Source: Cenococcum geophilum (Eukaryota). From it: a stretch of 64,000 nucleotides of DNA. The stretch spans positions 12,028,001 to 12,092,000 of the forward strand of contig CP158636.1 of the NCBI GenBank assembly GCA_050273025.1, in the 5' to 3' direction. Position numbers and translations under genes: made by a program. Below, one piece after another: positions 23,049-34,704 of the stretch; position 1 is the first letter of the stretch; the number at the start of each line of letters is the position of its first letter. The notes under the pieces are model-generated. The model was not told the DNA's origin. It saw nothing but the letters and a program-made list of their open reading frames with translations, and ran no database searches.

Positions 23049-24518
23049 CTACGGGGTATACCCAGGTAAAGCCCCTAGCTCCTGGATCATGCGCTCCTTT
23101 CGCGACTGCACCGTCATGACAACGAAGAAAGCTGTCGCCAGGATATCCATGATTGGGTGCGCGTCGCGAGCCTTGCTGATGAACTGCGGCCAGCGTTGCT
23201 GGAAATCCAGATATGCCATTTTGCCCTCAGTACATCGCGGATCCTTAAAGTCCGCACTAGGAGCTCCACCAGGAAGTAATTCCTGCTCAGGCCGCTTGGC
23301 CCAGATCCCGCCCTCAGTATATTGCGGATCCTTGAAGTCCGCACTGAGAGCTCCATTAGGAAGCAATTCCTGCTCAGGCCGCTTAGCCAAGATTTTACCC
23401 TCAGTATATCGCAAATCCTTAAAGTCCGCACTAAGAGCTCCACCAGGAAGCAATTCCTGCTCAGTGGCCAAAATTTTGCCCTCAGTATATTGCGGATTCT
23501 TGAAATCCGCACTGAGAGCTTCATTAGGAAGCAATTCCTGCTCAGGCCGCTTGGCCCAGATTTTGCCCTCAGTATATCGCAGATCCTTAAAGTCCACACT
23601 AAGAGCTCCATTAGGAAGCAGTTCCTGCTCAGGCCGCTTGGCCCAGATCCCGCCCTCAGTATATTGCGGATCCTTGAAGTCCGCACTGAGAGCTCCATTA
23701 GGAAGCAATTCCTGCTCAGGCCGCTTGGCGAAGATTTTGCCCTCAGTATATTGTAGATCCTTAAAGTCCGCACTAAGGGATCCATTAGGAGGCAATTCCC
23801 GCTCAGGCCGCTTGGCCCAGATGATACCCCTCTTATCCGCCATTTCCTCCAAGGTCCTCCACCCTTCATCGCAGTAGAGGAAAGCCAGTGCAATTTCGTC
23901 GCACCGGCCCTGCTCGCCCCGCTTCTTGTGGTAGAGGCCGAAACATTCACCAATTTTACCCAGAGTAGACCTGTCACCGTATGCCAGGTTGTACTCTTCC
24001 TTTCCTTGCTTCAACACTGCGACTGACCTCACGCCCGGGATCGTCAGGTTGAGCTTCGGCTGTATCTCCGCCACGCACGCTTCCGAGTAAACGGCATTGA
24101 CTGGATGACGCCGGGTAACGACCAACGTATTGAACTCATCATGACTGGTCGTGCTCGGCGTGGTGTTTAGGGCATAGTAGGGTGCGCCTTGGGCCTGGCC
24201 AAGCGTGAGCCGCTCCGCTATGGGTAGGATGTGCGTCAGCGTCGAGCGGAAGAGGTTGAGAACTAGCATCGCATCGTTGCCCGGGTCTGGACCTGCATAC
24301 TCTCCAGCAGCGACGGCATGAAAATACTCTAGATCTTTGTTGAGCGATGGAGTAGCGTATGTTCCACGGTCGGCGTGCGTACGTGGCTCCGGGAGAGTCG
24401 AGTTTTCAACATATTCGGGCGGTCGCAGGTTGGCGGCAAACACCCCCGTACGCTTGACTGCGGGGTTGCTCAAGCGGTCTCGAGGTGTGATCTTTGTTTT
24501 CTCCTTGCGGATGGGCAT
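23049..24518 (-). CDS. Hypothetical protein with seven internal 29-aa tandem repeats
   Basis: Long intronless ORF; most plausible ATG at 24518 (MPIRKEKTK). Non-repeat N- and C-terminal parts look globular. Function not recognised. Confidence 0.7.
   Translation of the reverse strand: MPIRKEKTKITPRDRLSNPAVKRTGVFAANLRPPEYVENSTLPEPRTHADRGTYATPSLNKDLEYFHAVAAGEYAGPDPGNDAMLVLNLFRSTLTHILPIAERLTLGQAQGAPYYALNTTPSTTSHDEFNTLVVTRRHPVNAVYSEACVAEIQPKLNLTIPGVRSVAVLKQGKEEYNLAYGDRSTLGKIGECFGLYHKKRGEQGRCDEIALAFLYCDEGWRTLEEMADKRGIIWAKRPERELPPNGSLSADFKDLQYTEGKIFAKRPEQELLPNGALSADFKDPQYTEGGIWAKRPEQELLPNGALSVDFKDLRYTEGKIWAKRPEQELLPNEALSADFKNPQYTEGKILATEQELLPGGALSADFKDLRYTEGKILAKRPEQELLPNGALSADFKDPQYTEGGIWAKRPEQELLPGGAPSADFKDPRCTEGKMAYLDFQQRWPQFISKARDAHPIMDILATAFFVVMTVQSRKERMIQELGALPGYTP
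23217..23820 (-). repeat. Coding minisatellite, 7 x 87 bp (one unit 6 bp shorter)
   Basis: Unit approx. WAKRPEQELLPNGALSADFKDPQYTEGKI, repeated 7 times in the translation. Confidence 0.92.
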
Positions 24519-25633
24519 ACTTCTTAGGGAATGTAATGCGGGACAAGTATAATAAACAAGTTCAAACAGTGAGGTTAATTGAGGACTCAACAAGCAGAAA
24601 CGAGGAATTGGCAAACCTGCAAGGCCGAAAAGCACGGGATCTAAGGACCTAAGTCGTGCATAAAAATGAATAGGAGATAGCACAGCACAAATCTCGAAAA
24701 ACAACTGCGGAGCGGATAATCCGCCCAGGACAAGTGCTGGTTGGTCAGATGTCACTCACGCTCGAATGTTTCGCCATCCCAGCAGGATTCAAGATGTAGA
24801 AGCGCTAAAGAGAGGCAGATGGCGCATTTCAGCGCACGCCAAAGTCCAGCTGAGCTGGGAGGCATCGTGGTGTTGGACTCTCGAAGCGATGAGGCGCACC
24901 TCGACTTATTTTGCCGAGCCACTAGTTCTCCTTCTCCCTAGCTTTCCAGTCAGAACCTCCAACTCCAGAACCTCAAATCACCACCCCAACAAGCCCTCTC
25001 CCTTGCCAAGTTTCAGGGGCTTCTCATTCCGGTCAACAAAGTCACGAGATGACATTTATAGACTTCATGCGAAGCTTGCAAAACCGCTTGTGTTGAAAGA
25101 CACTCTGAGCAGCCTTTTAGAAAGCCTAGTTGAGGATAGCGCAACTTTGATTCGGCCTTTGCACTACAGTAATCTACGGTGACCGCTCGAGCATATTCTC
25201 CCGCAGCTAGCCCAAGCGAAAAGGCTCCGTAGGCAAGGCTGATACATGTAGCTTAACCATGCTTAATTTCATTCGTCTGTCATTGGCTAAAAAGTCAAAT
25301 AATCCCATATCTTGTTACCACTATCAGGGCACAAGAATTTCATCCGACCAACGGAATCTGCCAGCCGGCCACTCCATGTGGATTATTTCATGGCTTTCGG
25401 GCCTACGTCTAGAACGCCATCATGCCAGATGTGGCATATTGGATTCTCTTTTGGCGCTTCAACCTCGGTGTTAGCCTCGAGTCAAACCACGCACTCTGAG
25501 CCTCAATCATAATTTATGCACAGTCTGATGCCTTTGATTTAATCATGCGGAACCCCGAATTTCTTTCCGAGCGCCCTCAGCCTTGCCACAAAGTCCATTT
25601 TCATTCCTTTGATCGTTCCAGGAGGACAGAAAG

Positions 25634-28600
25634 ATGCAGGCTCGCGAAGAAATCACGATTAGTGCTGCTGGCGTAGACGGCAATCATGCAACTGTAGTAT
25701 ACCCGCCACGCGCTGCGACTGGTACGTTGGAAACGATCTCTTTCTTCCAGACCCGTTACATCTTTCTTTCAGGCAGTAGAACACTATTTCTCTCTGTTCG
25801 CCAGGCCCATCCAGGCAAAAGAGAGAAAGACCTTGACGTTCATTCCATGAGAAGCTGATTAAATATTACAGCGGAGTATGGACGTCGAGGAGCGGACGGT
25901 CGGTCAGCTGCTGCGCCTTCTGCAGGAATGCCCGGTTCCGACGTTAGGGTACGACTCAGCTATAGCAGCGCAAAACCGCAATATATACAAGTGGGGGGCG
26001 AGGGAGGCTTTACGGGAGCGAAGTGGGAGGTGAACAGAGATCAAAATCTCATGTTGAATGTCAAAGGTGGAGATGGTGGGAACGGCGGACGGGGTGAAGA
26101 TGGCCAACAGGGTGGTCAGGGTTCCCGAGGTCGAGATGCGACAAAATATCACGATGCGACTGTTAGTTTGGCCTTACCTCAATGCCCTGTGACCACTGAT
26201 GCTGATTCAAACTAGCCAGGAGGGATAGGAGCACCTGGTGGAAAGTCTGTATCCGATTTATAAGTCCGAGGCATGGAGAGCTAATCATTTATATCAGTGG
26301 TGGTTACGGCACTAATGGAGCCAATGGTGCCGATGCGGGAAACATATTCATCACGGTCCATGAATCTGATCTTGACACGCTCGCATGTGTTTTCTGGGAC
26401 CTCAATGGAGGCAGAGGCGGTCTTAGCGGGACCCACGGCCAACCAGGAGAAGGTGGAATTGGAGGTCATGGTGGAAATGGGGGCGTATGGTATGTTAACA
26501 GACGACTATTACCTTCATCTATCCATCTGAAACATAATTGACGACGAGATAGGCAAGATCGGCATGGTGATCGTACTTATACCGTCACACGAGGCGCCGG
26601 CGCTCCAGGTCCCCAAGGACCTCCCGGTATACCTCCAGCGACTTATCTATCAGGGGGACAAGGTGGAAAGCAAGGATCATCTCAAATTCGGGTTATCAAA
26701 GGTGATCTAACTGAGGCGACTTTTCCCAAACGATATATGCTTAAAGTAGTGAGCTTTGATGTTGAGGACGAAAACCAAGATGGCATTAATGAGCCTGGAG
26801 AACATATTATCGTTAAAAACTTAATTGTAGAAAATGTTGGTATGTATGAATCCATCCACATTGGCTTCGTATTACTAATTGAGAGCCTATAAGGCGGCAT
26901 GCCTTCGCCAAACTTGAACCGCATCACGATTGCTATACACGGAGGCCGTTGGTTCGAACCGGTCAGGTCAATCGAGCTGCCCCGCGAAATCCAAGTGGGC
27001 GACAAAGTTAAAGTACCAGGTGAAATAAAAGCTCTCATTAAAAACGAAACAGCCGCAAGAATACCGGGCCATCAGCTTTTTGAGAACGCCGAGGTCGTTC
27101 TTATTGCAACGTTTGATGAACGTCTACAAAGATCGCTCCCTGAATTTCACGTTGGCGGAGGGGCCCCTGTCGAAATCCAATATCCTCTTCAATTGAGTGT
27201 GCCACGACATCTTGATTGCGTGGCAAAGGGAGACAATGTCAGGTTCTCGTGGACTGTGAGTAGTTTATACTGTACAACCATTCTTATAACAACCGTGGCT
27301 AATTAGAATGCCTAGTTGAAAAACGTTTCTACAAAGGAATACGGTATTCAAGGAAGACTTCGACGCCATGTTGCTACTCGCTTGTCGGACCCAGATGGAG
27401 TGTTCAACCTCAAATATGGAGGTGGCCGAAGGTGGGCAGAGGATGAACTTGACATACTACTTCCCGGCGCAGAGGTTCCAATTGACCAGGACTTTATGGT
27501 CTCCAGCAACGCTATGGAGTATAGCGATAGCGTCCTTACACTGGACCTGATGCTCTCAGACCCTTCGAAGCCTCAAGAGGGAACTGGTTCAGCATCCTCA
27601 GCACGATCTGTCATGAGACATGACATGAAAATGCAAATTTCTGGCAAGTATGAATACAAGGAAAAATCGAGGTTCCTGCTCGTCGTCAACGCAGGTACAC
27701 CGAATCATGCTATTCATCAGATCATAAACTTCATTCGAAAAGGACTCCAGCTCGAAGTAGATATCTTCAATATCAGCTTAACTGGTTCATTCATTGACCC
27801 GGAAACGAATACAGACATCCTCAGCAGATACGCAGGAAAGAGCATCATTATTTATGGAAGCACTCTCTCCTATTTCCGCGCTGGCCACCGTAGCCCCTGG
27901 GACTTACTGGACCCATGGGAGGTGTGTCGGCTTGCCAAGGTTGGAACGAGTTTCCTCTTCGCAAGTGTGGCAGATTCGAACAGTTTGCACTCATGGAGCA
28001 GTTTATCATCATTCCCGACGCCCTCAACCGCCGTCCCCTCCATTGATGTTGAGAATCTTGCGGGATTGCTCGACTCTTTGAAACCCGGCAAACGAGCCAC
28101 AGATGGCTCGCACTCTTATCACAAATTTGGAGCCAAGAAGAATCCTCTTACTGGATGCTTCAGCGACCTTGACAGCGCGCTTATTTCGCATTCTAAAAGT
28201 GCAGCGAAGAAGCTGAACAAAACTTTCCCGCTACGTAGGTTCGTTGCCAGGCCGGATGCCACAAATGGCTCAAACGGTAATTCTGGCACTGTGATTGTGT
28301 CTGAAGGTCTACCCAAGTCTGCCAAACTCTTCGCTTCTAGATTACCTCACCAACCAGGCCCATGGATTTTAGATTATCACATGTACATGATCGTTGCCTG
28401 CTTACCGTTCAGTGACCAGGCGCGCATCTTCTGGAACCTTGCTGGGCAATGGGATAGAAATGGCCTCCCCCCCATGGCCCTGTATAATGGTCTCCCCCAT
28501 CTTATAAATTCAAAACCAGGAGACCAGAACGACGGGAATGTAACGGCAACCAATGAGCTCATTAGTGAAAAGGTAAGAGAAACCACTTTCCAGACTAGCT

Positions 28601-29754
28601 AGTTGAAGCTTTCGCAAATATTTTCTGTGCTGACAAGAACGCTATTTCAGATCTTCCAAGCAATTTGCATCTCGATCGAAGCTCAGATTGGAACCGAGAT
28701 AACACGGTACTGCGACACACCTTCATGGCCAAACCCTATCCCGACAAATGAGGTCATGAGCCACCTACCACTGCTAAGCCAACTACTCAATACAACACCC
28801 TCCAGTGCACCTATCGGGTCCACCGAACGAACCGAGTTCCTTGTTGGTGTCTTGGGGACCATTATGGGGACACTTGAACACATCGGGTTTGCGCAGTGGT
28901 GGAGCAACGTCGTGATCCGGTTCGGCGTCCGCAAAGTGCAAGTGCGAGGTCAGGTGAAGATGAGCATGAATACCGCGCTTTCGCACATCTTCACCCCGGC
29001 CGCCATCTCGACATTGCAGAATTCGATCGCCAAAACAGCCAAGCAGACGAAGCAAGAGATCAAGCAAACCAAGCAAGAAAGTAAGAACTTGAGCCTGGTC
29101 ACTCTTTCTCGGCTGTCAGCTTTCACTGGCACCGCTAACGCTGGTCCTGATGACTTGACTATGCCCGCCGATGCATCGGTTGCGCATTCGGTGGGATGGA
29201 CGAGAGGCAAGTTGCAAGAGAACCGGACGCTTCATGCCAACCGTCAAGAGAAGAGACAGGCAGACGAGGCGCACAGCCGCAGTGTTATTGCAGAGCACGT
29301 CAATCCCGAAGACGAATATGATGAAGGGGACGAAGAGGATGAAGGGCCAGATGAATACGAGCAACCGACTCCAACACGCCCAACTGGACCTGCCAGTCCT
29401 CATGGCATGGCAGCTCCTGTCGAGCTCTCTAGCCCAATCCAAACAGCACCTGTGGAGCTGTCCTCGCCGCATGCCCCGGCGGCTCCCGTTGAGCTTGCGG
29501 TTCCGCATGCTCCGACAGCTCCTGTCGAGCTAGCGCCTCCGCATTCTCCAGTAGCTCCTGTTGAGCTCGCCTCTCCGGATCCTCCAGTAGCTCTTGTTGA
29601 GCTCGCTTCTCCGCATTCTCCAGTAGTTCCTGTTGAGTTCGTCTCTCCGCACACTCATGTGGCCCCCATAGAGCTACCTAGCCCACAAGCTGTGATATCT
29701 TCCGAGAAAACCATCCCCCAGACCCATGTCGTAGCCGTCACGGAGCTCAAATAG
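25634..29754 (+). CDS. Large multi-exon hypothetical protein: Gly-rich GxxGxxG N-terminus, Ig-like middle, C-terminal APVEL repeats
   Basis: Consecutive + strand ORFs (25634, 25928, 26297 region, 26899, 27316, 28603) separated by GT..CTAAC/CTGAC..AG introns. Motifs GGDGGNGGRGEDGQQGGQG and VEDENQDGINEPGEHI; stop at 29754. Confidence 0.75.
29410..29690 (+). repeat. Coding tandem repeat, ~39-bp unit (APVELxSPHxPxx), 7-8 copies
   Basis: AAPVELSSP / TAPVELSSPH / AAPVELAVPH / TAPVELAPPH / VAPVELASPD / VALVELASPH / VVPVEFVSPH / VAPIELPSP in translation. Confidence 0.88.
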
Positions 29755-29964
29755 ATGGGAGGGTTCTCTGGGAGAGCCAAGGGTATCTGAGGAGGTTGGG
29801 CGTCCTTTGTTTGCGTACTGCGTTCTTGCGTCTTGACATCCGTACTTTACTACCACTTTTCCCTATGTAACATTGTGCATTTTCAACATTACAGGGTTAG
29901 ATACTTAATGGGATGCGGTTCACGTAAATTAGAGACCTACTTTTATGCAGCACTAAAAGAACTA

Positions 29965-30311
29965 CAGTCAAAACTCTTTATAACGATGCAGGTCGTACGG
30001 CCGATCGTATCGTAATACCAATGGTATTGTTATACATAGAGTCACGTGTTAGGTTAATAAGCAGGAAATAAGAGGCCGCTACGTGACCGGGTATCCTAAA
30101 AGGGTATAGGGCATCTACCTTACGGGCCAAGTAGGGCCCCTCCCATACAAAATCTCTACTGGTTATAACGATTTTGGTAGGGAAAACTTAACGATATTGT
30201 AAATAGTCAGTATATTGTAATATTACACTAAAACAACTTTGATCAAGGGGTGTAGATCGTAATATAGAGTATATCGTTGTAATCAAATATCGTACTAAAG
30301 AGTTTTGACTG
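29965..30311. mobile_element. Non-autonomous Tc1/mariner-pogo-type MITE (347 bp)
   Basis: 23-bp TIRs: CAGTCAAAACTCTTTATAACGAT (29965-29987) and ATCGTACTAAAGAGTTTTGACTG (30289-30311), 2 mismatches. Flanked by TA on both sides; internal ATCGTAATA-like subterminal repeats; no ORF. Confidence 0.88.
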
Positions 30312-30365
30312 TAGTCATAACACTTGGAGATATCTCGGATTAGTACGCGTCATGTAGTCATACAC

Positions 30366-30502
30366 CATCTCGTCAATTCCGGTGGTTAGCGCAGCCACGT
30401 CTGCACGGCCTTACTTTCCCTTAAACAGCAAAAATACCAAAACTTCCCCTTCAAAAAGGCCGTGCAGACATGGCTGCGCTAACCACCGGAATTGACGAGA
30501 TG
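30366..30502. repeat. Long inverted repeat: 47-bp arms, 43-bp spacer
   Basis: 30366-30412 is the reverse complement of 30456-30502 with one mismatch. Confidence 0.93.
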
Positions 30503-31002
30503 ATGTCGATATATTCCCCGCCAGGATGTCCTTCGGGCCCGAGTGGTTTACGAGCGAGGACCGTTCTCAGCACCGTCACGCACAACCCTCGTCTGGCGTC
30601 GCGACATCCAATCAATTGTGGAAATTGTCATGTCCTGACTCCAACCTCGCAGTTCAAGAAAAGCCTACGTCGAAAGCTAGAGCTATCGAGTAGGTGCTAC
30701 TGGCACATTCGGGCTGCATAGTAGAGCAATATCAGCAAAGCTACCGGAAGTTCTATTCGTGGAATCGACTGCTTTTCCGTTCCAATCCAACTCGGGAGTA
30801 CTATGCTCGATCAAACGCCATGAACACCCGTCGGCCCAGCACGTGCTACGGGGCTGCTCGCGCGATTCCCCTGCCACGATCCACCAGAGCCAGATGCGCA
30901 CCCCAAAATCCCCCTCCCCAATCGAAGCGAAACACCCTTCCCAAAAAAAACGCCAGATATGCCAATGCCCCTATTCTAGCGGGGCGGCGGAGCAAGAAGT
31001 CC

Positions 31003-31863
31003 CTAATAATCGCTCCCTTCAACCCCCAACCTTCCCTCCGTCGCTTCAAGATACAGCACCAGATCCTCAATCGTGCACACCTTGATGCCCCACCGGCGGC
31101 CGAACTCCAAACACTGATCCCGCCGCATCATCCCGCCGCCCAGCCGCTCCGCCTTGCCGGGCACCTCCTCACCGTCCGTGATCAGCTCGCAGATGACCCC
31201 CACCGGCTGCTTGCCCGCCAGCCTGCACAGATCGACCGCCGCCTCGGTGTGCCCGCGCCTGACGCGCACGCCACCGTCGCGCGCCTGCAGCGGCAGCACG
31301 TGGCCGGGGCGGCGGAAGTGCGCGGGCTTCGCCGCCGGGTCCGCCAGCGCGCGGCACGTCAGCGCGCGGTCGGCGGCGCTGATACCGGTCGTGATGCCGG
31401 GGGCCGCCGCATCCACTGAGACGGCGTAGGCGGTGCGGTTCGGGTCGGCGTTGTCGGCGACCATTTGTGGAAGCTGCAGCGCCGCGGCGCGCGAGACGGG
31501 GAGGGGCGCGCAGATGTAGCCTGAGGTGTGTCGGATCATGAAGGCGGCTTTGGAGGGGGTGAGGGCTGAGGCGGCGATGATGAGGTCGCCTTCGTTTTCG
31601 CGCGAGGGCGAGTCGAGCACGATTACGAATTCGTCGCGCGCTGGTGAGTGGGTGGGTTAGCGGGGGAGGGGGGCCAGGGAGAGGAGGGGCTGCTGCGCAC
31701 CGAATGCTGCTATGGTGTCGGGGATTGAGTCGAAGGCTGGGTGGGAGGGCATGCTGGTGGTGCCGTTCGCGCCACTGGTGCCGCTGAGGTGGTACATGCC
31801 ATTTGCGCCGTTGACGCCGTTGTGCATTACGGAGACCGGTCTGGTGTTTGTGTAGCCAGGCAT
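31003..31863 (-). CDS. RIB3: 3,4-dihydroxy-2-butanone 4-phosphate synthase (riboflavin biosynthesis)
   Basis: FDSIPDTIAAF|ARDEFVIVLDSPSRENEGDLI, TAYAVSVDA, TTGISAADRA, FRRPGHVLPL, RRGHTEAAVDL. Intron 31700-31641. Confidence 0.96.
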
Positions 31864-32949
31864 GGCAGGAGGGTGAGGAGGAGGATGAGGAGGAGGAATT
31901 GGGTTGGTAGCGGCGAGGTAGTGAGTCAAGTTATGGGAGAAGGTGAGGTGACTGTATGTCAATGCTTAGCAAAAGTAGACTCGGCGTTTGTCAGCTTAAG
32001 CTGGAGTGCGATGGGAAGACGCGGTTGGGCGGGAAGAGGGAATCTTGACTGATATACGTACCCATGATGAAGGCAAAGAGATTGCGAGAGGAGAAGCGAA
32101 AGCCGCCACTGGACGTGGGCTCTTGGGGATTTCTTTGGTGGTCACCACTGTCACTTCCGAGGTTGGCCGTTTTTCTCATCATCGGCTCCGGCCAACCGTT
32201 CAACCCGCGGCCAGACAAATTCTCCCACCCCTCTTTGCCTCCTCCCCGGTCCCTCTTCCAGCCAAGCCCGGCAACGGTCAGCGAAACACAGGTAAGTCAG
32301 CCTGGTTCAACCCTCTCGGGGCCAAACGCATCGATGCCTACATAATCCTGTCGGCACTTGTCGCCTGGCGGAACCTTCCCGCTGCGAGCATCGGCCAATC
32401 TCGCCATCCGTCTTACAATTACTGGCCAAATCTAGATACCGATGTACCGACGCTCTCCTCCATCTACGACTTCACGATACTCGCAACTCCTACCTCATGC
32501 AGCATGGAAAAGATGATATATCAAATACAGGAGCGAGTTGAGATTATGGGCATGACTCCACAGACTCACGTCACCAGGCATCGTCACGCATTTCCCCCCC
32601 GCGCATGCAGAAGTGATTATGATACCCATCCAATAACGCTCTGGTAATTTGATACCTTCACGAATGCCACAAGACATAGTCCACGCCCTACAACATACAC
32701 ACGGCACGCTCAAACGGTTGCCTTTTCTCCAGGTTGCACCCGCACGCCGGCTCTTCCCTCCGTCATCCGATCCATTGAAGAAGATTCCGACGCCCGATCT
32801 GCATCCACGCCAATGCTCTCCTCGTCTTCGCGCCAAGAATCTTTCTTCCCCCGAGCTGCTCTCACCGCCCATGGCGGGAGGAGACCTGGAATTTTATACG
32901 TTTGGGGATCTTTCTCCTCCTTATTGGCTGGTTTAATCCTTCGTCCAGA

Positions 32950-34225
32950 CAATTTCTCAATGATCATGCTATATAGGTAATGATGCCTGCGATCAGACTA
33001 TAAGCGATACTGTACGTGAACGGCATTACCGCAATGGTAATGAAGGCCAGGACTGCATCGCCATAGTAACACCAGTTGATATCGGCTGCCGATTTAGCCA
33101 TCAGGGATCCAACAATGATGAGTGTGCATCTAGTGCCCATGGATGGATGGATGGATGCAAAAATTGGAGCAAAGAAAATGGAAATGAAGGATGCGATTCC
33201 TGTGAAGATGGCTGTGAGGCTAGTCTTGCCTCCTTCGGAAATACCGGCTCCGCTTTCTATATACGCAGTGACTGGCGTGGACCCAAAAAATGGAAACCAG
33301 AAGGATTCCCATGATGATGGCGCCCTTGACTCGGTACACCATGAGCAGAACGGTGAGCATCCCTCCACAGAAGATTCCAATCCACATGGTAGGATTTCTC
33401 ATCTTCTCAGCACTGGGACAGAAGCTATTTTCGTCCCGGAATTCAGGAGCACATCCGGCCGGTTCGACAGGTGTGTCGGTGTGACTAGTAACGGCACCAA
33501 TACCGGCATTGTAAGTGAGGCCTATTATGGTAAGATACAGGTCGATTCCGACTCCAGTAGCAAGTTTAATGGATGCTGGAATGGCTCTGGATAACCACTG
33601 ACGGATCCCAAGAAGTGTAAGTGCCACGAAAATAAAGCCTTCGACAAATACAGCCGTCGATGCGACTTCATAGGGTACGGGACCAGAGCCATGGTATCCA
33701 ACAACAGTGTAAGCGAAATAAGCATTGAGTCCCATCCCAGGAGCCAAGGCGATAGCTGGGTTGGAGTTAGCTTTGTCTTGGGGTGTTGCTGGGTGTTGCT
33801 ACGCACGCATGTTAGCAAACAAGCCCATGCAGAAACTTGTCAATGCTACAATGGCGGCAGTAGCCGGAACAAGATCCCTGTTGATCTCTTGGACGCCTAT
33901 CGAGTACGCAGGGTCGGTGCCGTAGAGATCCGGGCCATCCGATGGGCAGACGCATGTCCCACCAGACTGAGAGGTAATGTTCGCGTTGACAGAGATCATG
34001 TAGGCCATAGCGAAGAAGGTTGCCAGAACAGCTCTTATCTTCGTAAAGAAACAACTCCCTTCTGTTCTTTTGGCTGTTTTCAAATCGCGTCAATACCTCT
34101 TGAAATTTCTTTGGTGACGACGAGTCTATGTGACCAGAATGCTCGAGCCTGAAGTATCTCCCCACAGGCCTCTTCGAAACCTTGAGGTTCGCATTATGCA
34201 CCCAACCTATGATGGTGTCCTTCAT
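32950..34225 (-). pseudogene. AzgA-like NCS2 purine permease pseudogene
   Basis: Motifs VGRYFRLEHSGH, LATFFAMAYMISVNANI, APGMGLNAYFAYTVVG, TPVTAYIESGAGISEGGKTSLTA, MPFTYSIAY. Homology switches frame near 33290, where the central region expected for the family appears deleted. Confidence 0.85.
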
Positions 34226-34704
34226 GAGTGCTGCACGAGTTTATCCCGAGAAAAAGTAGAAGAAGTCTGCCGCAGAGGCTTCAAATGATTGAATTTAGTC
34301 AGGTGGTTTTTTGCTCCAGAACCACCCTTCAAGAATTTTCAAGGGTTCGTTAGGTTAGTTGATATCACGAAGGTGTGGTCGAGCGGTAACATACCGGGAT
34401 GCCGGTAGCAGCGACATGAAACAACTACCTTTATAATAGCTACTATATTCTTTTTTTTACCTTTGATACAAAGCCTAGCGCTGTAAATAACTTTATTTAG
34501 AAGGCCACAACCTACACTGAATACAATAGTAGTAGTTAAAAGCGCAAGCATTGCCCCTCATACTAGGTTTGGTGGGGTGCGATGCGGTCTCGGCAGTTTT
34601 TACCGATATTCCGAAAACGGCAGTAACGTGTTGTTTTGCACGTGCGACACAACTTCCCTCTTTTCCCCGGAGACCTCTTTCCAACGAAGAGTTCTCATTC
34701 CATA

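Noticed and set aside
23217..23820. Possible CRISPR-like array
   Set aside because: Units are contiguous with no unique spacers, lie within a reading frame, and the genome is eukaryotic.
23089..23977. Long overlapping ORFs (262 aa +, 287 aa -, 144 aa +) across the 87-bp repeat
   Set aside because: By-products of a stop-free tandem repeat; only the 23049-24518 frame extends beyond the array on both sides.
30694..31429. 241-aa and other + strand ORFs over RIB3
   Set aside because: Antisense shadows of a GC-rich, well-conserved gene.
19921..31863. Laccase-centred secondary metabolite cluster
   Set aside because: No PKS, NRPS, terpene synthase, tailoring enzymes or cluster regulator in the window.
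32006..32936. 213-aa and nearby ORFs between RIB3 and the permease pseudogene
   Set aside because: No recognisable domain; overlaps the RIB3 promoter and probably the decayed 3' end of the permease.
34636..34704. Upstream non-ATG extensions of the gasdermin ORF (and likewise 37951-38040 for the caspase)
   Set aside because: The ORF track uses alternative start codons; the first ATGs (34705, 37950) coincide with where family-like sequence begins.
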